Below are positions 1-9,817 of a stretch of 64,000 bases of DNA, in pieces. The notes under the pieces were generated by a model, which did not search any database, had not been told where the DNA came from, and worked only from the letters and a program-made list of their open reading frames with translations. Numbering within the stretch: position 1 is the first letter of the stretch; every line of letters begins with the position of its first letter. The stretch spans positions 1 through 64,000 of the forward strand of contig CBDUPA010000026.1 of NCBI GenBank assembly GCA_965368975.1. Reading direction: 5' to 3'. The stretch is from an uncultured bacterium (GTDB taxonomy: Bacteria > Acidobacteriota > Thermoanaerobaculia > Multivoradales > JAHZIX01). The position numbers were made by a program, and so were the translations under genes.

Positions 1-144
1 TCGTCCAAGGCCGCGGATGTGTGGATGATCGAGAACTTCGGGCGTCTGGTGGTGGAGGGGAGCGAGGCTGAGCGTCGGGAGCAGGTGCGGGTGTCGATAG
101 AGACGCAAGTGCTCCTGGATGCCGTCTGGTCGGCATGTGAGTGA
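1..144 (+). CDS. 3' end of a CDS entering from the left edge (possibly Gfo/Idh/MocA-like oxidoreductase C-terminus)
   Basis: Frame 1 is open from base 1 to TGA at 142-144 (...WMIENFGRL...SIETQVLLDAVWSACE*), ending 12 bp before the next ATG. The family guess is weak. Confidence 0.4.
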   Translation, partial: SSKAADVWMIENFGRLVVEGSEAERREQVRVSIETQVLLDAVWSACE

Positions 145-156
145 GGATCGAGATCG

Positions 157-1164
157 ATGCGGACCCCACTGTTGAAGAGCCCAATTCCGTTCCTACTCAC
201 CCTTGCCGTTGTGGCGGTGCTGTTCTGCTCGGCTTGCGCCGCACCCCCGGGCGAAGAAGCCTCCGCAGGCGAAGCGTTTGTGTCTCCGGATGCTGACGAG
301 GCGAGCCAGCCCGAAACGACCTCTCTCCTGGGCACTCCGCTCTATCGTCCCACGCTGCCCGACGACTTCCGCCACCAACAAGAAGTCTTGCTGTCTGAAG
401 CCGAGACCCGCCGCAACGCCGCTCCCACTGACCCGGAAGCCTGGATTTGGGTAGGTCGTCGCACCGCCTATCTGGGGCGCTATCGCGAGGCGATCGACAT
501 CTACTCGCAAGCCCTCGAAGTCGCGCCGGACGACCCGCGCCTCTATCGCCACCGAGGTCACCGCTATCTCACCCTGCGTCGTCTTGACGAAGCCGCCGCC
601 GACCTCGAGCGCGGCGCTCAACTCGTCGCGGGCCAACCCGACGAGATCGAGCCGGATGGCTTGCCCAATGCGCAGAACATCCCGACCAGCACCCTCCAGT
701 CCAACATCTGGTATCACCTCGGCCTCGTACGCTACTTACAAGGCGACTTCGAAGCCGCTGCGGTCGCCTATCGCGAGTGCCTGGACGTCTCCGAGAACCC
801 GGACATGCTGTCGGCGACGACCTACTGGCTCTACCTGATGCTGCGTCGCCTGGGCCAGAACGAAGAAGCCGCGGTGATCCTGGAACCAATCACCGCGGAC
901 CTCGAACTGATCGAGAATGAGGACTACTACCGTCTCCTACGCCTTTTCCAGGGCGACGGAAACGTCGAAGCGTTGTTGCAAGAGGCCTTCGCTGCCGAGG
1001 ATGGCGTTGCCTCGGCGACGCTGGCCTATGGCCTCGGCAGTTGGCTGCGACTCAACGGCGAGCCGGAGCGTGCAACCGAGGTGCACCGACGCATCGTCGA
1101 GTCGGAGTCATGGGCGGCGTTCGGGTACATCGCGGCGGAGGCGGAGTTGGCGAGGGGGCGCTGA
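157..1164 (+). CDS. TPR-repeat lipoprotein
   Basis: Signal/lipobox-like N-terminus (LFCSAC). TPR helices (AYLGRYREAIDIYSQALEVAPDD; WYHLGLVRYLQGDFEAA). Confidence 0.85.
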   Translation: MRTPLLKSPIPFLLTLAVVAVLFCSACAAPPGEEASAGEAFVSPDADEASQPETTSLLGTPLYRPTLPDDFRHQQEVLLSEAETRRNAAPTDPEAWIWVGRRTAYLGRYREAIDIYSQALEVAPDDPRLYRHRGHRYLTLRRLDEAAADLERGAQLVAGQPDEIEPDGLPNAQNIPTSTLQSNIWYHLGLVRYLQGDFEAAAVAYRECLDVSENPDMLSATTYWLYLMLRRLGQNEEAAVILEPITADLELIENEDYYRLLRLFQGDGNVEALLQEAFAAEDGVASATLAYGLGSWLRLNGEPERATEVHRRIVESESWAAFGYIAAEAELARGR

Positions 1165-1170
1165 TTTTCC

Positions 1171-3708
1171 TCACTCCTCCCGCAACGCCACCAAAGGATC
1201 CATCCTCGACGCTCGCCGCGCCGGTAGCCAGGCTGCGGTCAGAGACGTAGCCAGGAGCACCACCGCGACGCTGGCGAAGATCCACGGGTCCGCGCTGCCG
1301 ACGCCGTAGAGGAAGCTGTGCAACAGGCGCATGCCCCAGGCGGCGCCGATGGCTCCCAGGGCGATGCCGGTGATGGTGAGGAATAGGCCACGACGCAGGA
1401 CCAGCCAGCGGACGTTCGGGCCATCGGCGCCGAGAGCCATGCGGATGCCGATCTCTCGGACGCGACGGCTCACGTGGTAGGCGAGGACGCTGCCGGTGCC
1501 GATGAGGGCGAGTAAGAGGCCGAAGGTGGCGAAGAGGGCGAGGGATTGGCTGCGGATGCGCTCCAGGACCAGGAAGGCGCGTCGTGTTTCGTCACCGGTG
1601 CGGGTGTTCTGCAAGGCGAGAGTCGGATCGAGCTGGCGCAGGCGATCGCGCAGAGCGGGGAGGTGGGCGTAGGGATCTCCAGAACTGCGCAGCAACAGGG
1701 TGAAGCCGGTACGGAAGCGCTGCTCCGCGGAGAAGTAGAGGATCGGCTGCGATGGCCGCCTCAAGGAGTCCTGGCTGGTGTCGGCGGCGACGCCGATGAC
1801 GCGATGGTCGGGGCCGTAGTCTTGTGGTTGCCTCGGCGGCAGGCGCAGGATGCGGCCGATCGGATCTTGGCCGGGCCACAGCAGGTCGGCGAGGGCTTGG
1901 CTGATGATGACGGTGCCGGCGCCGCGGTTTTGGGCTTCGTCGGCGACGGTGTCGGGACGTAGTTGCGGATCACGGGTGTCGAAGGTGCGCCCCCGCGCGA
2001 TCGGGATGTGCAAGACATCGAAGAAGTGCTGGTCGACGATATTGATGCGGGTGGTGTAGGCGGTCTCGGGATCCTCGGGGAGGTGGATGTCGACGGTAAC
2101 GTCGACCAGAATGGGGGGCAGGAAGAGGGCGAGACTGGTCGCTGTGACGCCTGGGAGCGAGGCTGTGCCGTCGAGCAAGCGTTGGTAATAGGCGTGACTG
2201 ATGGCCTGGGGATAGCCGTTGCGAGCGATGGTGGGGCGCGTGGCGAGGATGCCCGTGGCGTCGAAGCCGGCGTCAGCGTGCCACAGGTTGCGTAGGCTCT
2301 GGGTCAGCAAGCCCGTGGCGGTGAGCAGCACCATGCACAGCGTCACCTGGGCGACGACGAGTGCATCTCCCGCCGAGGCGCGTGCCGTCAGGCGGCCCAG
2401 GAGATGCGAGTGCGCGGCGCCGCGCGCGGCCGTGCTCGAGCCGTCCTTGAGTGCGGGCACGAGACTCGTACGCCAGGCGCGGACCATGGGCGGAAGGGCA
2501 CACAGCACGGCGCAGGTAAGGGTGCACAGCGTGATCAGGACGAGGAAGCGCGCGTCGAAGTTCAGCTGCGCGCCGAGCATTGCGGAGACGGTGTCGAACT
2601 GCCAGGCGACGAGTCGACGCAGGCCCATGGCCAGCAACAGGCCGAGCAAAGCGCCACCGGTGGTCAGCAACAGACTCTCGAAGAGTAGGGGGCGCAGCAC
2701 ACTGGCGCGACTGGCACCGAGGGCCGCACGGATAGCGAGTTCCCGGCCGCGCGCCGTGCCGCGCACGAGCAAGAGGTTGGCGGCGTTGGCGCAGGTGAGC
2801 AGTAAGAGCAGGGCGACGCCGACGGCGAGCAAGCGTAGGCTGGGCAGGAAGTTGTTCTGATCCAGCGGATGCATGTAACTGACCTGCACGATGGTCGTTT
2901 GTCGTCGTCGTCGTGGGTGTGGGTACTCGGCTTCCAGACCGTCGGCGAGCAGCTGCAGCTCTTGACGCGCCTGCTGTAGCGGGACCTCTGCACGCAGCCT
3001 GGCGAAGATGGACATGCCGGGGCGATCCCGCTGGCGCAGGATGGAGATCTCGTCGAGATGCTCTTCGAGCAGCAGCCACAGGTCCACCACATCGCCGGCG
3101 GAGGTACCGTCGAAGCCCTCGGCGGCGACGCCGGTGATGGTGTAGCTCTGACCATCGAGCTGGACCGTGCGGCCGAGAACCCGTGGGTCACCTTGAAAGA
3201 GGTGCAGCCACAGCTGGTGGCTCAGAATGAGTCGACGCGAATCGCTGGCGTCACTACTTGCGCTTCTTGTGTCTTTTTCCTTGCCGTTCCCGGGTAGATA
3301 CCCGAGCGCTGCCGGGACACCGAGCACTTGGAAGTAGCTTGCGGTCACCAGGTCGGCTTGCACCAACTCGGTCTGATCGCCGAGATCGAGGCTACGGTCG
3401 ACCCGGAAGCTCCCGGCCAGGTCTTCGAACGAGACCGCGGTCGCGCGATAGTCCACGAGATCCGGATACGACGTGCCGCCGTAGGCGCCCACCCAATCCA
3501 TGTGACTGCGGGTGTGCAGACGTACTAAGCCCTCGGTAGCCTGCAGCCCCGGTGCCTGTCGCCACAGCGTCAGATTGAGCAGGTCGAACACGACGGCGGT
3601 AGCGCCGATGCCGAGGCTGAGGGTCCAGATGACAATCAGCGAGAAGCCGGGACGTCGACGCAGGCCGCGCAGAGCTTGGCGCAGTTCTTGGAGCAGTTGG
3701 GACAGCAT
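1171..3708 (-). CDS. Duplicated MacB/FtsX-like ABC permease (acidobacterial ADOP type)
   Basis: Start MLSQLLQELRQALRGLRRRPGF. Two permease halves (CANAANLLLVRGTARGRELAIRAALGA; RRVREIGIRMALGA). C-terminus PARRASRMDPLVALREE. The ORF-track extension to 4182 is judged spurious. Confidence 0.9.
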   Translation of the reverse strand: MLSQLLQELRQALRGLRRRPGFSLIVIWTLSLGIGATAVVFDLLNLTLWRQAPGLQATEGLVRLHTRSHMDWVGAYGGTSYPDLVDYRATAVSFEDLAGSFRVDRSLDLGDQTELVQADLVTASYFQVLGVPAALGYLPGNGKEKDTRSASSDASDSRRLILSHQLWLHLFQGDPRVLGRTVQLDGQSYTITGVAAEGFDGTSAGDVVDLWLLLEEHLDEISILRQRDRPGMSIFARLRAEVPLQQARQELQLLADGLEAEYPHPRRRRQTTIVQVSYMHPLDQNNFLPSLRLLAVGVALLLLLTCANAANLLLVRGTARGRELAIRAALGASRASVLRPLLFESLLLTTGGALLGLLLAMGLRRLVAWQFDTVSAMLGAQLNFDARFLVLITLCTLTCAVLCALPPMVRAWRTSLVPALKDGSSTAARGAAHSHLLGRLTARASAGDALVVAQVTLCMVLLTATGLLTQSLRNLWHADAGFDATGILATRPTIARNGYPQAISHAYYQRLLDGTASLPGVTATSLALFLPPILVDVTVDIHLPEDPETAYTTRINIVDQHFFDVLHIPIARGRTFDTRDPQLRPDTVADEAQNRGAGTVIISQALADLLWPGQDPIGRILRLPPRQPQDYGPDHRVIGVAADTSQDSLRRPSQPILYFSAEQRFRTGFTLLLRSSGDPYAHLPALRDRLRQLDPTLALQNTRTGDETRRAFLVLERIRSQSLALFATFGLLLALIGTGSVLAYHVSRRVREIGIRMALGADGPNVRWLVLRRGLFLTITGIALGAIGAAWGMRLLHSFLYGVGSADPWIFASVAVVLLATSLTAAWLPARRASRMDPLVALREE

Positions 3709-3810
3709 GACGAACTCCGTGAGTGCTGGGGTAGGCTTGCAGGGTGTACGGGCCAGCGAGCCGTGCTGTCCACTGGATGGTCTTGCAAGGCCCCATGCTA
3801 GGCTGCCGAC

Positions 3811-4263
3811 ATGGACGCATCGCAGGCTTCCGGCAGCACCCCGAGTTCTCCCGAGTGGGTCTTCTACGATGGCCACTGTGGCCTGTGTCACCACTCGGTG
3901 ATCTTTCTCCTGCAGCGCGATCGGGACGGCAGCCGCTTTCGCTTCGCCCCCCTCTTCGGTGCCGCCTTTGATCGTCACGTCCCCGTCGAGGAACAAGCTG
4001 GGCTGCCGGATAGCATCGTCCTGTCGACGGCAGACGGACGGTTGCTCATCCGGTCCGACGCGGCGCTGCACGCCGGGGCCAGACTCGGCGGGCTTTGGCG
4101 TCCGCTCTCCAGGATCGCGCGACTCGTGCCCCGCTTCCTGCGCGATTTCGTCTACGACGTCATCGCCCGCATCCGCCACCACCTCTTCCGCCGTCCCGAG
4201 CAGGCGTGTCCTCTGATCCCGCCCGAGCTACGAGATCGTTTCGATCTCACGCCGCGGGCTTGA
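3811..4263 (+). CDS. DCC1-like thiol-disulfide oxidoreductase (DUF393)
   Basis: FYDGHCGLC (DxxCxxC) motif, RSDAAL, PRFLRDFVYDVIARIRH. Confidence 0.9.
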   Translation: MDASQASGSTPSSPEWVFYDGHCGLCHHSVIFLLQRDRDGSRFRFAPLFGAAFDRHVPVEEQAGLPDSIVLSTADGRLLIRSDAALHAGARLGGLWRPLSRIARLVPRFLRDFVYDVIARIRHHLFRRPEQACPLIPPELRDRFDLTPRA

Positions 4264-4288
4264 CGTGCCGCGGCTGAGCTACTACACT
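4260..4288 (+). promoter_or_regulatory. sigma70-type promoter of tRNA-Phe
   Basis: TTGACG (4260-65), 17 bp spacer, TACACT (4283-88), 12 bp before the tRNA. Confidence 0.7.
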
Positions 4289-4300
4289 TTCGCTCCTCGT

Positions 4301-4376
4301 GCCCAGGTAGCTCAGGTGGTAGAGCACCTGACTGAAAATCAGGGTGTCGGCGGTTCAACTCCGTCCCTGGGCACCA
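4301..4376 (+). tRNA. tRNA-Phe(GAA)
   Basis: Acceptor stem GCCCAGG/CCTGGGC plus ACCA. D-arm GCTC-AGGTGGTA-GAGC. Anticodon arm CCTGA-CT-GAA-AA-TCAGG. T-loop TTCAACT. Confidence 0.97.
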
Positions 4377-4764
4377 TTCCTTCCTTCCCTCAATCCCAGA
4401 CCCGAGACGAGACGCCCCACCCGGACGATGCCGGATGGGGAGACGTGCGTTCAGTCGTACGAAGCGGCATCAGGGCGGGACATTTCGCGGGACTTAGCGC
4501 CTCTGCGCGGGCCGTGGAGGTTCCGTGGTGGTAGCTATTCTTGCCGCCTTCCGCTACACTGCCAACTCCAAGCGGTTCTTCGTCCTGAAGAACCCACCCC
4601 CGCGAGATTTTCCTCTCCTCAAAAAGCTGGCGAATCTCACCCAACCGCGCCGCGGCTGGTCTGGGTTCGAGCCTAGCTCTGTACCTCAGAGCCTTTAGTA
4701 CACACGTACCTTGAGCCCTTCCTGCAGGTTCGCTGCGCATATTGAGAAAGTACATATCGATTTC

Positions 4765-6069
<1,305 letters not shown>

Positions 6070-6107
6070 GAGCGTCGCGCGTCTCGCGTGATCTCCGCAA
6101 CTCGACG

Positions 6108-6140
6108 CGCTCGGCATCTTCACAGGTGCCGAGCGTTTTT
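6108..6140 (+). terminator. intrinsic terminator after the helicase
   Basis: CGCTCGGCATCT-tcac-AGGTGCCGAGCG followed by TTTTT. Confidence 0.8.
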
Positions 6141-6201
6141 GCTGTTTGTGGTGGTAGGTGTCTTCGGCAGGTTGCATGACAAGTTCTGAGCGGAGCCAGC
6201 A

Positions 6202-6220
6202 TGGTAAAGTGCATTGCACT
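6202..6220 (+). promoter_or_regulatory. extended -10 element overlapping a palindromic operator of the vapBC operon
   Basis: TG-g-TAAAGT (6202-10) overlaps the perfect inverted repeat AGTGCA-T-TGCACT (6208-20), ~40 bp before the antitoxin ATG. Confidence 0.45.
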
Positions 6221-6262
6221 GCAACGCAGTTCGTCACTCAGGCTTCGTCGAGGATCAGCACC

Positions 6263-6514
6263 ATGCCAAGTCAACTGACCGTCCGACTCGCAGATGAACT
6301 CGACCGAGCGCTCACCCAAGCTGCCGCACAATCGCAGCGCAAGCGTTCGGAGATCGTCCGTCTGGCGCTACAGCAGTACCTTGGGTTCCAAAGACCCGGC
6401 ACGCGCCCCGCAGATCGAGTTCGTCACCTCTTCGGCTGTATCGAGTCGGGGGTTCCGGATCTGGCGGAGAATCATCGAACCCATATTCTGAAGTCGCTCG
6501 CGGATGGCGACTAA
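6263..6514 (+). CDS. Ribbon-helix-helix (CopG-like) antitoxin, VapB
   Basis: MPSQLTVRLADELDRAL...KRSEIVRLALQQYL is an RHH pattern. The gene overlaps the PIN gene. Confidence 0.85.
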   Translation: MPSQLTVRLADELDRALTQAAAQSQRKRSEIVRLALQQYLGFQRPGTRPADRVRHLFGCIESGVPDLAENHRTHILKSLADGD

Positions 6515-6923
6515 TACGCTGCTGCTCGACACAGGAGCTCTGGTCTCGCTCCTCGACCGAAGTCAGCGACTGCATGCGGCGTGTGTCGAGGTGTTTGAAG
6601 CCTGGACGGACGCGGTGGTGAGTACGGAAGCGGTGCTCACGGAAGCGACCCACTTGATGGGTCGCAAGCCTGGCGGTAGAGAAGCGTGTGCCGAGTTCTT
6701 CCTAAAGGGCGGTGCCACGCTGGTCCCCACCGTACCGGCTGCGCTGCTGCGCTGCCGCGAACTGATGGAGAAGTACGCGGACCTGCCGATGGACTATGCT
6801 GACGCGACGCTCGTGGTGCTGGCCGAGGAAGTCGAGTCGGACCTGGTCTTCACGACAGATCGTGATTTCTTGGTGTATCGGCACAAAGGCTGGCGAACGT
6901 TCCGGATCGTGCCGGAGCTCTAG
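6504..6923 (+). CDS. PIN-domain toxin, VapC
   Basis: LLDTGAL, TEAVLTE, MDYADATLV and FTTDRDF supply the PIN acidic residues. Confidence 0.9.
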   Translation: MATNTLLLDTGALVSLLDRSQRLHAACVEVFEAWTDAVVSTEAVLTEATHLMGRKPGGREACAEFFLKGGATLVPTVPAALLRCRELMEKYADLPMDYADATLVVLAEEVESDLVFTTDRDFLVYRHKGWRTFRIVPEL

Positions 6924-7056
6924 TGGAGAGTACTGGTGGGCACATTGCGGACTTCCGGAACTTGAGGTGCTCGGCACCGTCCAAGGTGTCGAGCGTTTTT
7001 CTTTCTGAAGTTGCCAGGTCTCAGTTCTAATCCAGAACTCTAGCCTGCGGGTGCTT

Positions 7057-8016
7057 CTAGGCGTCCTGCTGCTGCGCCTCCCATCCATAGTCGACATACC
7101 GCCAGCTGACCTCGTCCCCGCGGAACTCCAGCATCGTATAGCCCTCCTCGAAGCCGTCCCGTACCCCCTGCCACCAGTTCCCTGACACTGCGCCGACGTT
7201 GGCGAATTCGATACCCTTGAACTTGAAGGTCTCGACGACGTGCAGGTGACCGGCGAGCACGAGCTTGACGTTGTGCTGCAGGAGGACCTTGGCGACTTCA
7301 TGCGAGTTGGTGACGGCGTAACCAGCAGGGATGCCTTGGGTGGTGCCGGCATTCCATTCGACGTAATTGGTGAACAGCGGGATGTGACCGACAACGACGG
7401 TGGGTTTGTTGTTGGCGGCGAGATCGTCGGCGAGCCAGGCGAGTTGTTCGGCGTCGACGTGGCCGATGTAGTGGCGCTCTTCGAGGCCGATGGTGTCGAG
7501 GATGACGAAGTGCCAACCTTCGTGGTCGAAACTGCGGTAGGTCGACTCCAGGCCTAAGCGCTGGCGGAACAGTTCCTTGCCGTACATGGGATCGTCGGGC
7601 GAGATGCCGCTCGATTCGTAGACGCCGTAGCAGTCGTGGTTGCCGATTGTGTGATGGATCGGTACCTGGATTGGAGCCAGGGCGGTATCGAGCAGGTCGA
7701 ACTGGGCGTCGGCCGCTTCTCGATCAGTTTCCAAGACATCGAAGACCAGATCACCGCCGGTGATCACGGCTTCGGGGGCTTGTGGCTGCGCCAGCATGTG
7801 CTCGACGGCCTTGGCCGTGCCGGTGGGGGCGTCGAGTTCACCATTGATGTGCGGGTCGCTCAGAAAGCCGATGGTGAAATCCGGTGCGTCGGGTTTCGGT
7901 GCTGGCGCGTCGTTGGCGGACGGTCGGGCGCAGCCGTTCAAGGTGCCGGCAGTGATCCCGCCGAGAGCGAGACCTCCGAAAGTGAAGGTGCGAAGCAGGT
8001 CGCGTCGGTTGAGCAT
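7057..8016 (-). CDS. Tat-exported calcineurin-like metallophosphoesterase (probable lipoprotein)
   Basis: MLNRRDLL twin-Arg signal with LNGC. SDPH, GGDLV, GNHD, GHIP and GHLH motifs. GGAGA RBS. Confidence 0.9.
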   Translation of the reverse strand: MLNRRDLLRTFTFGGLALGGITAGTLNGCARPSANDAPAPKPDAPDFTIGFLSDPHINGELDAPTGTAKAVEHMLAQPQAPEAVITGGDLVFDVLETDREAADAQFDLLDTALAPIQVPIHHTIGNHDCYGVYESSGISPDDPMYGKELFRQRLGLESTYRSFDHEGWHFVILDTIGLEERHYIGHVDAEQLAWLADDLAANNKPTVVVGHIPLFTNYVEWNAGTTQGIPAGYAVTNSHEVAKVLLQHNVKLVLAGHLHVVETFKFKGIEFANVGAVSGNWWQGVRDGFEEGYTMLEFRGDEVSWRYVDYGWEAQQQDA

Positions 8017-8228
8017 CGGTTCTCTCCGGGGGGCAGTTGGCTGGATGAACTTGCCGGAGCTTACCACTGGCCGCGAGGAGTAGGGAGGCCAGAGTCTGCT
8101 ATTCTAGATTGATGTTTTGACATAGGGTTCTGCTATGCACGCACAGTATTAATATGTTGTTGCGTGCACGAGTTCAGCCTGGGCGCATCGTCGTGGCTTG
8201 GGCGTTCTACCAATCAGGAGATAGGAGA

Positions 8229-9722
8229 ATGAATATGATGAAGACAGCAGAGCGCTGCTGTACCTGGCTCGGTGCCGCACTGGCGCTGAGCCTGACGCTA
8301 ACCCCGACTCTTGCCGCCGAGTCGGCCGAAGACATCTGCAGCGCCGTGCCGAAGTCCGAGGACGGCCAGGCGGTGCAGGTCGGTGAAGAGGTCATGCTGA
8401 GCCTCGACTCACCCGCGGTCACGCTTGCCGGCAAGGAAGAGCAACTGGTCTGGAGTGAGGAGATCCAGGACCCGGAAGGTGCCTACATCGCACCGCATTT
8501 CGATGCCTTCCAGTTGCCGGAAGGTGCACGTCTCGTCGTGCGCTCTCCCGAGGGTGAACGCTCGTGGGAGTACACGGGCAGTGGACAGGGCGAAGGTGAC
8601 GGATTCTGGGGTATTCATATCCATGGCGATACGGCCATCGTGGAGCTGTATTCCAGCGTCTCGCTGCTGGGTGGCGAGGTGAGCATCGACAGCTATGCTC
8701 GCGGCTACGATCTGCCGATGGACTTCGAGGCGCTGTGCGGCACGGACGATTCGGCGTGGGCCAAGTGCTACCAGACCAGCCATCCGCAGGTCTACAACAG
8801 CTCACGTGCTGTGGCCCGCTTGCTGATCGGTGGTACCAGCCTGTGCACGGGGTGGTTGGTCGGCAGCGACGGCCACCTGATGACCAACAACCACTGCATC
8901 AGCAATGCCAGCGAGGCCAACAGCACCACGGTGGAGTTCATGGCCGAGGGGGCCACCTGCGGGACCAACTGCGCTTCCGCACTGGGCTGCCCTGGCACTG
9001 TCGTGGCCACCAGCACGACCTATGTGCAGTCGGATTTCACGCTCGACTACGCGCTGGTCAAGCTGCCGACCAACCCGACGACGACCTACGGCTTCTTGCA
9101 GATGCGGGATCGTGGTACGGCAGCGGGTGAGCGTATCTACATCCCGCAGCATCCTGCGGGTTGGGGTAAGAAGATCGCTCTCTTCTCGACCCACTCGGAC
9201 GACGAGACGGGCTTTTGCCAGGTCGAGAGTACAACGCGACCGCCCTGCAGCGGTGGTGCCGGCAACAATGACGTGGGCTACTGGTGCGACACGCAGGGCG
9301 GCAGCTCCGGTTCGCCGGTCCTCGGCTTGTGTGACCACGTCGTGCTGGCGCTGCACCACTGTGGCAGCTGCCCGAACCGCGGCGTGCCGATCGAGAAGGT
9401 GATCCGCGAGCTGCGCGATGCTGGCAACCTGCCGCCCAACAGCATCGCCAGTACCTGGGGGTGCGGCGATTGCGGTCCGGGGTATTGCGACGGCACGCAG
9501 TACTGCGACGATCTCGGCTGCTACCCGGCGGGTAGTCCGCTGTCGCGGGCCATCTGCGAGTGTGGCTGGTTGGCGCCCCAGTGTGGAATTGGCGGCTGTG
9601 TCGGCGATAGCTACTGCGACGGGGCCAACTGCCAGTACCCGGTGTGCTGGATCGACACGTATCCCGGCTCGCAGGTGATGTGCCAGGGCCGTGAGGTCGA
9701 CGCCGCCTGCAACGTGATCTGA
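8229..9722 (+). CDS. Secreted trypsin-like (S1, lysyl-endopeptidase-like) serine protease with N-terminal pro/CUB-like region and Cys-rich tail
   Basis: Signal peptide. CTGWLV, TNNHC (His), LDYAL (Asp), DTQGGSSGSPV (Ser). AGGAG RBS before the ATG at 8229/8235. Confidence 0.9.
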   Translation: MNMMKTAERCCTWLGAALALSLTLTPTLAAESAEDICSAVPKSEDGQAVQVGEEVMLSLDSPAVTLAGKEEQLVWSEEIQDPEGAYIAPHFDAFQLPEGARLVVRSPEGERSWEYTGSGQGEGDGFWGIHIHGDTAIVELYSSVSLLGGEVSIDSYARGYDLPMDFEALCGTDDSAWAKCYQTSHPQVYNSSRAVARLLIGGTSLCTGWLVGSDGHLMTNNHCISNASEANSTTVEFMAEGATCGTNCASALGCPGTVVATSTTYVQSDFTLDYALVKLPTNPTTTYGFLQMRDRGTAAGERIYIPQHPAGWGKKIALFSTHSDDETGFCQVESTTRPPCSGGAGNNDVGYWCDTQGGSSGSPVLGLCDHVVLALHHCGSCPNRGVPIEKVIRELRDAGNLPPNSIASTWGCGDCGPGYCDGTQYCDDLGCYPAGSPLSRAICECGWLAPQCGIGGCVGDSYCDGANCQYPVCWIDTYPGSQVMCQGREVDAACNVI

Positions 9723-9758
9723 CGTTCTGGGTCGACTCTCACAGCGTCAGCTCTAGAT

Positions 9759-9802
9759 AGAGGAACCGCCGCGGTGCTCGTGCGCCGCGGCGGCTCCTCT
9801 TT
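9759..9802. terminator. hairpin terminator between convergent genes
   Basis: AGAGGAACCGCCGCGGTGC-tcgt-GCGCCGCGGCGGCTCCTCT-TT. Confidence 0.75.
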
Positions 9803-9817
9803 GGGTGAGTCGCCGGA

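Noticed and set aside
4411-4445. Hairpin after tRNA-Phe as a terminator
   Set aside because: Imperfect stem and no U-tract; too weak to call.
8229-9722. Serine protease as the leader peptidase of the Cys-rich peptide
   Set aside because: It is S1 family rather than LanP (S8) or C39, on the opposite strand and separated by another gene; only proximity supports it.
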